NCBI GenBank assembly: GCA_965205015.1
Contig: OZ242029.1
Location: forward strand, 1,440,001 to 1,504,000
Origin: Candidatus Poribacteria bacterium
GTDB lineage: Bacteria > Poribacteria > WGA-4E > WGA-3G
DNA length: 64,000 bases
Direction: 5' to 3'
Shown here: one piece after another, positions 58,826 to 64,000 of the stretch
How the letters are laid out: each line of letters opens with the position of its first letter
Position numbering within the stretch: position 1 is the first letter of the stretch
The notes under the pieces: model-generated
The model's database searches: none
Seen by the model: the letters and a program-made list of their open reading frames with translations, nothing else
Told to the model about the DNA's origin: nothing
Program-made: the position numbers and the translations under genes

Positions 58826-59650
58826 TTAGTACTTGATTTTCACATCTGCCCAAGTGGTTGCCACCTTGTCAGCAGGATCAATCGCTAAGGCTGAATGCAT
58901 ACCGTTCAACAACTCTTCAATATCCGCTTGCGCCAAAGCGACATCGAAGATTACAACCTCATCAATAGTCGCTGCACCGTAGCGTGCGCCACCACAGCAA
59001 TCATCAAATCCGATATTGACGGGACCGCTATCGGCATCAATGGGATTCTTAGCCAAATCTAATGTACTGGCTTCTTCCGCATCAATATAGATAGCCCACT
59101 TACCGGTTTTACTATCAAAAGTGGTTGTGTACATGTGCCACTTGGTAATATCTTTGGTGCCAACATTACCGTCATTCCAACCGCCGGGTTTATTCCAGCA
59201 GCCTCCGTTGCAAATGGGCCAAGCAATATTTTTTGTTCCTTGATTGGGATGGATGATATAGGCGTTCCGCTTTTCAACCATCCAGCCGTGTTGGTTCCAA
59301 GTATCCCCTGCACTCTTCGCCCAAGCTGAGACCGTGATTGCCTGAGTTGGATTATCATGCTCGACGATCTGAACGTAAGCACCTTTACCATCAAATTCAA
59401 GTGCTTGCCCAAACTGTCCCTTAACCCATTTCGGCTTACCTTTGAAGTCCCCATCCAGTCCATTTCCTGAGTCATCGGTTGCCATATTTCCTTTGCCCGC
59501 ATCAAAAAGCCACATCCCGACAATCGTATCAGGGTCGATCTCGGCAGAGGTGGTGGAGACGCACAATACACCAACCCCAAAAAGACTGAAACACACGAGG
59601 ACTAAGCTTACAAGCAAAAATTTGCTGCCAGAAATAATACTGAAATTCAT
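58826..59650 (-). CDS. Secreted LamG/concanavalin-like domain protein
   Basis: VGMWLFD.G.G..A.D.SGNG, G.FG.ALEFDG, IDEVVIFD.AL; tail DKVATTWADVK. Confidence 0.85.
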   Translation of the reverse strand: MNFSIISGSKFLLVSLVLVCFSLFGVGVLCVSTTSAEIDPDTIVGMWLFDAGKGNMATDDSGNGLDGDFKGKPKWVKGQFGQALEFDGKGAYVQIVEHDNPTQAITVSAWAKSAGDTWNQHGWMVEKRNAYIIHPNQGTKNIAWPICNGGCWNKPGGWNDGNVGTKDITKWHMYTTTFDSKTGKWAIYIDAEEASTLDLAKNPIDADSGPVNIGFDDCCGGARYGAATIDEVVIFDVALAQADIEELLNGMHSALAIDPADKVATTWADVKIKY

Positions 59651-59988
59651 TTTTACCTCCTGCTCAATATTACAAACTCAAGGACTGTATACACATATCT
59701 GTGCGATTTACACGGACACCCCAACTGCGGGGAAGTATAAATCGCCGCTAAAATATCACATACATCTATCATATCAGATTCACAGATACATGTCAAGAAA
59801 AATTGAAATTCAGGTAGGGTCATTTCGTTTTAAGAAATTATTGAGTTTCTCGCCTTTTTTCAACGATCCGGTGTCCCTTCCCCGTAACGGGTGGGAACCC
59901 TGGTTAGAAAACCGCACCTACCGGCCCGGGGATCAAAAACGTCTAAAAAACGGAAAACGAAATAGCCCTAACTATATCTAAAAAATCG

Positions 59989-60016
59989 TTGACATGACAG
60001 GAATTTTCATTATAAT
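59989..60016 (+). promoter_or_regulatory. sigma70 promoter TTGACA-N16-TATAAT
   Basis: Consensus hexamers upstream of the plus-strand gene cluster. Confidence 0.6.
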
Positions 60017-60063
60017 GTTTCCATACACTTATCTTAACATAGAGGAATTCAGGGTGTTTTTGC

Positions 60064-61173
60064 TTGGGCGTTTCCCCAGAAACCCCTCCCACAGGAAATA
60101 TGAAGCGGATAGGATTTATCTCTTTACTCTTGATCTTTGGTATTCTGCCCGTTTTTGGACATATATCAGAGAACACGGTGCAAATTTTAGACTCGCGACA
60201 CCCCACCCTTGCGCATGAAAAGCCGGCGAGAGGTGTTCTTATTGCACAAAACTTAATGGCACAGAATTTGGAAGATGCTCCTGACGCGTCTACAAAGCAA
60301 AGCGATGCGGTTGATTTGGAGAAAGTGAAAGCCAGAAATGAAGGGCATATACAGCAGAAAGAGACACGACGGATATTTAAGATTATTAACGACTATCAGT
60401 TAGCAAAAGGCGAGGTATTAACAACACTCGTTATTATTGCGGCAGACGCGAGATTACAAGGACAGGTGACGGGCAATGTATTAGTCATCGGTGGAGACGT
60501 TCAATTGTCGTCAGAGGCACAAGTGAATGGCACTCTACACATTATCGGCGGGCAGATTACTGGAAATACACAAGGCGTCGCTAACCTTCACGTAAGCAAT
60601 GACTGGCATCTGGTACCCGCTGCGGGACACCTTGCCATGCATCCACATCGTCTGTGGGGTATCAGCAAGCAAGCGAATTTTCGCCTAACACTCATCAAAC
60701 TTGGATTTTTCCTCTTGATGTATCTATTGATAGTAGCCGTGCTTTCAAAGCCGATAAACGAGATAAGCGAACTCTTCGCGAGGCGACCCATCGGTAGCAT
60801 ATTATTTGGCATCTTGATGTTAGTTATGATCCCCTTTGTCCTCGCGGTGTTGACCCTGTCAATCATTGGGGTGCCATTCATGCTTTTGACGCTTTCGGTC
60901 TTGGTTCCCTTGGCAATCTGTGGTAAGGCAGCGATTTTCCTGACGCTCGGCAGTACCCTCTTCTCAGGGCGCTGGAGACCGCTCGCAGTCATATTTGGTT
61001 ATCTCCTCTACTTCATGGCAACATCCGTGCCGTATATTGACTGGGTAGTGTTTCTCATTGTCAATAGTATCGCTATTGGACTCTGCTTGCTCAGCGGCAT
61101 CAGTATGATACGTTCGCAAGAGCCCCGTAGAAACATCTCTCCACTCACGAGCAATGAGTGGGGATCTCGGTAG
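60064..61173 (+). CDS. Membrane protein with beta-helical (bactofilin-like) domain and C-terminal TM bundle
   Basis: GQVTGNVLVIGGDVQL...VNGTLHIIGG; 5-6 TM helices; probable start ATG 60100 (MKRIG). Confidence 0.6.
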   Translation: MGVSPETPPTGNMKRIGFISLLLIFGILPVFGHISENTVQILDSRHPTLAHEKPARGVLIAQNLMAQNLEDAPDASTKQSDAVDLEKVKARNEGHIQQKETRRIFKIINDYQLAKGEVLTTLVIIAADARLQGQVTGNVLVIGGDVQLSSEAQVNGTLHIIGGQITGNTQGVANLHVSNDWHLVPAAGHLAMHPHRLWGISKQANFRLTLIKLGFFLLMYLLIVAVLSKPINEISELFARRPIGSILFGILMLVMIPFVLAVLTLSIIGVPFMLLTLSVLVPLAICGKAAIFLTLGSTLFSGRWRPLAVIFGYLLYFMATSVPYIDWVVFLIVNSIAIGLCLLSGISMIRSQEPRRNISPLTSNEWGSR

Positions 61174-62246
61174 GAAAGAGTGTCGTCAGTATGCAGTTAG
61201 CGTCCCCGTTCTCCCTGAGCTTGTTCATTGTAATTCCGCTACTGATATTCGCTTTACGGCACCTCCGTAGAGGCGAGGTGACCTCGCCCGTACACAGGCG
61301 GGGACCCCGGTTACGTGGACAGACAATCGCACCCGTCGTGCGTTTTTCTGATTTTAAACATGGGTTTGCAGCAAGCATTCAGCAGATGCGGCATACCTCT
61401 TCCGTTAAAGCGTTTCCGATACTGAGAGTGATCAGATTTATTGTTCTCGCGCTCCTCATTTTCTCCCTTGCTCGTCCGCAACTGTCCCAAAGCCGTGAGC
61501 ATCAATTCACTGAAGGTATTGATATTTTCTTAGTACTCGACACCTCGGAGAGCATGCGAGCAGAGGATTTTGAAGGGTCCAATCGCATTCAAATCGCTAA
61601 ATCCGTCGTTAATGATTTTTTGAGACACCGCCAAAACGATCGTATCGGTTTAGTTGTTTTTGCGGGTGAAAGTTTTACGCTCTGTCCCCTAACGTCAGAT
61701 TATTCCGTGTTAGTCGAATTGCTCCGAGATGTAGAGATTGGACAGCTCAAGGATGGCACGGCTATCGGTGATGCGCTTGCAACTGCCACCTATCGGTTAC
61801 GTGCCTCGGAATCTCAAACGAAGATTGTTATCCTCTTGACCGATGGTGAAAACAACGCTGGTAGCATTGCGCCGGGAGCCGCGGCTTCCCTCGCAGAATC
61901 TTTCGAGATTAAGGTTTACACGATCGGGATGGGAAAAGAGGGCGGCGCACGCATTCCTTACGCCGATACAACCTTTGGCAAACGCTATCGCGAGGTTTTA
62001 ACCTATCTCGACGAGGATACCCTTAAACAGATTGCCAACATAACAGGCGGACGCTATTTTCGTGCAACAGACACGCAATCGCTGAAACACATCTACGCAG
62101 AAATTGATCGTTTTGAGAAGACGAAATTTGAGACGGTCTCTTTAGTTGCACACAAGGCGTTGACGGCATACTTCTTAATACCCGCAGTACTCTTACTGGG
62201 AACCGAGATTTTACTGAGCAACACAGTGTTACGGAAAATTCCTTAG
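61158..62246 (+). CDS. batA: BatA-like VWA domain protein
   Basis: LARPQ, GIDIFLVLDTSESM (MIDAS), GTAIGDAL, LLTDGENN, TGGRYFRA. Confidence 0.85.
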   Translation: MGISVGKSVVSMQLASPFSLSLFIVIPLLIFALRHLRRGEVTSPVHRRGPRLRGQTIAPVVRFSDFKHGFAASIQQMRHTSSVKAFPILRVIRFIVLALLIFSLARPQLSQSREHQFTEGIDIFLVLDTSESMRAEDFEGSNRIQIAKSVVNDFLRHRQNDRIGLVVFAGESFTLCPLTSDYSVLVELLRDVEIGQLKDGTAIGDALATATYRLRASESQTKIVILLTDGENNAGSIAPGAAASLAESFEIKVYTIGMGKEGGARIPYADTTFGKRYREVLTYLDEDTLKQIANITGGRYFRATDTQSLKHIYAEIDRFEKTKFETVSLVAHKALTAYFLIPAVLLLGTEILLSNTVLRKIP

Positions 62247-62301
62247 GCAGAAGTCTGAATCGGGATTTTCGTGATTCGTTACCGCAAGGAAAATTTTAAA
62301 A

Positions 62302-63063
62302 ATGGAAAATATTATTGCATGTAATTTGGGAAGCTACCGACAGTTTCGCGCTGGAGCATACACGCACTTAGCAGAAATCGGTTTGACGAACGTGGAAATC
62401 GGTGTACCCGCGCCTGAATCCGTTGAGGCACTTCGTTCGGAATTGAATACGCACGGACTCACCGCTACGAGCCTACTTGGCAGTTGTGACGTTCAATCTG
62501 AAACGATCGTCTCAGATTTCCAGACGACGCTGGACATCGCTGATCAGATGGGCGTGAAGATTATTTTTGTCAGCGTGCACGCGGGTGAAACTGACATCAA
62601 CGCCGTCTATGATCGACTCCGTGCCATCGGCGAAAATGCTGCACCCGCAGGCATTAAAGTCTGTCTGGAAACACACCCGGATATGGTACATAATGGTGAT
62701 ATCGCACTTGAAACGATGCAAGCCGTGAATCATCCGAATATTTGCGTCAACTTCGACACCGGAAACGTCTACTATTACAATCACAATGTAACAGCGGTTA
62801 CGGAGGTCCAGAAAGTGATCGGGCATGTCGGTGCTGTCCACCTCAAGGATACAAACGGCGGTTATCGAACGTGGAATTTCCCGACGCTCGGTGAGGGCGT
62901 TGTCGATTTTAAGGCGGTATTTCAGACATTGAACGATGCGGGTTTCTACGGTCCTTTCACGATGGAATTAGAAGGGGTTGAGGGTGAAAACCTTGACGAA
63001 GCAGGCGCCAAGGCACGGGTCGCAGACTCGCTGCAACACCTGAAAAATATTGGAGTCATCTAA
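62302..63063 (+). CDS. Sugar phosphate isomerase/epimerase (xylose isomerase-like TIM barrel)
   Basis: LETH, NFDTGN, VHLKD, GEGVVDF, MELE. Confidence 0.85.
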   Translation: MENIIACNLGSYRQFRAGAYTHLAEIGLTNVEIGVPAPESVEALRSELNTHGLTATSLLGSCDVQSETIVSDFQTTLDIADQMGVKIIFVSVHAGETDINAVYDRLRAIGENAAPAGIKVCLETHPDMVHNGDIALETMQAVNHPNICVNFDTGNVYYYNHNVTAVTEVQKVIGHVGAVHLKDTNGGYRTWNFPTLGEGVVDFKAVFQTLNDAGFYGPFTMELEGVEGENLDEAGAKARVADSLQHLKNIGVI

Positions 63064-63428
63064 TGGATACGAATCTTTGTGTTATTCGATTGAGTGAGGG
63101 AGAGCGCATCGGTGATGTGCTCGGGAAAGTCTTGGATACCCCAGACATGACAACGATCGGGGCTTTCGCCGTTTCAAAGGAAAATCCCACTGAACTTCAC
63201 TATCACGATTTCGACGAGTACTGGTATTTCACAGAAGGCATGACGACAGTGACACTCCGAAACGCTGATGGAGAGTCTGAATCCTATCGTATCGGTCCTG
63301 GAGATTTGGTTGTTACGCCTAAAGGTGTCGAACATGGACACATCCCGGACGATGTCGTTAAAGGGGTGCAGTGGGTGAGCGTGATTCCCTCTGATGCCCG
63401 CCGTGGACATTTGCATCGCGATTTATAG
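63063..63428 (+). CDS. Cupin domain protein
   Basis: HYHDFDEYWY..G, GDLVVTPKGVEH. Confidence 0.8.
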   Translation: MDTNLCVIRLSEGERIGDVLGKVLDTPDMTTIGAFAVSKENPTELHYHDFDEYWYFTEGMTTVTLRNADGESESYRIGPGDLVVTPKGVEHGHIPDDVVKGVQWVSVIPSDARRGHLHRDL

Positions 63429-63455
63429 GCATATCCCGTTGTGCCGTAGCAAGGA

Positions 63456-63773
63456 ATGCCCAATATGAATACAGCAATCCTTACCAAAAGCGAGATCAAA
63501 CAAACGCTTCTCAGCCACCAGAACACACTGAGAACCTATGGTGTGAAACGCCTGGGCCTTTTCGGATCCTATGTTAAAAACACTGCTCATAGCGAGAGCG
63601 ACATCGATCTGCTTGTAGAACTTGAGGAAGTGTCATTTGACCGGTATATGGAACTCCGTATTTTTCTCGAAGACCTATTTCAGAAGAAGATTGACCTCGT
63701 CATTGCTGATTCACTCAAACCACGTTTGCGACCACGCATCGAAAAGGAAATTGAGTATGTCGCAGGACTCTAA
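63456..63773 (+). CDS. Minimal nucleotidyltransferase (MntA-type antitoxin), no adjacent HEPN gene
   Basis: LFGSY...SDIDLLVE...KKIDLV. Confidence 0.85.
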   Translation: MPNMNTAILTKSEIKQTLLSHQNTLRTYGVKRLGLFGSYVKNTAHSESDIDLLVELEEVSFDRYMELRIFLEDLFQKKIDLVIADSLKPRLRPRIEKEIEYVAGL

Positions 63774-63792
63774 TATCAAGAAAGGCAAAATT

Positions 63793-64000
63793 ATGTCAAT
63801 ACAAGAAAATCCGTTGCCATTGCGACGCTTAGGACGAACAGAATTAGAGGTTACATGTCTCGGTATGGGAGGCGCAGGCGTCGGCAGAGGCGATGTTACT
63901 GACGATGAAGCAATTGAAGCCGTCCACCGAGCCATCGACTTAGGGATAAACTATCTCGACACCGCACCGCTCTACGGTGAGAGTGAGAGACGGGTAGGAC
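63793..64000 (+). CDS. Aldo/keto reductase, N-terminal part (runs off window)
   Basis: Manual translation: RRLGRTELEVTCLGMGG...AIDLGINYLDTAPLYGESERRVG. Confidence 0.9.
   Translation, partial: MSIQENPLPLRRLGRTELEVTCLGMGGAGVGRGDVTDDEAIEAVHRAIDLGINYLDTAPLYGESERRVG

Noticed and set aside
1-64000. Genome-wide TGA reassignment (code 4 or 25)
   Set aside because: Complete genes such as queA, the PhyH gene ending at 16715 and the ATPase ending at 36676 stop at TGA
1-64000. tRNA or rRNA genes
   Set aside because: None recognised by eye; tRNAscan-SE and barrnap would be needed to exclude them

Overview
64 kb of bacterial chromosome. The gene content suggests Candidatus Poribacteria or a relative (inference only): 3 sulfatases, 4 PhyH dioxygenases, LRR/TPR eukaryote-like proteins, LamG proteins and NYPNPFNPETWIPYQL C-terminal domains. 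Housekeeping genes (yebC-ruvC-ruvA-ruvB-queA-yajC, maf, ppk2, tkt, batA) alternate with secreted or accessory genes and many small repeats. The ORF track misses several features. (1) Two selenoprotein genes read through in-frame TGA codons, each followed by a SECIS-like hairpin: a secreted tandem BCP peroxiredoxin with two Sec (16834-17844) and a TlpA/ResA-like WxxWUGC protein with a TPR tail (54404-55582). (2) The 5' half of a group II intron (about 26150-26748, minus strand) has EBS1 and EBS2 loops that pair with the terminal repeat of the adjacent MITE. (3) An ORF-less IS200/IS605 element carries a consensus promoter and a TnpB-omegaRNA-like right end (13193-13593). (4) Two paralogous secreted-protein genes share a C-terminal domain and a duplicated promoter/hairpin/16-aa uORF leader. 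(5) Repeat families have entered coding sequences and translation-start regions. All calls come from manual reading; no searches were run.
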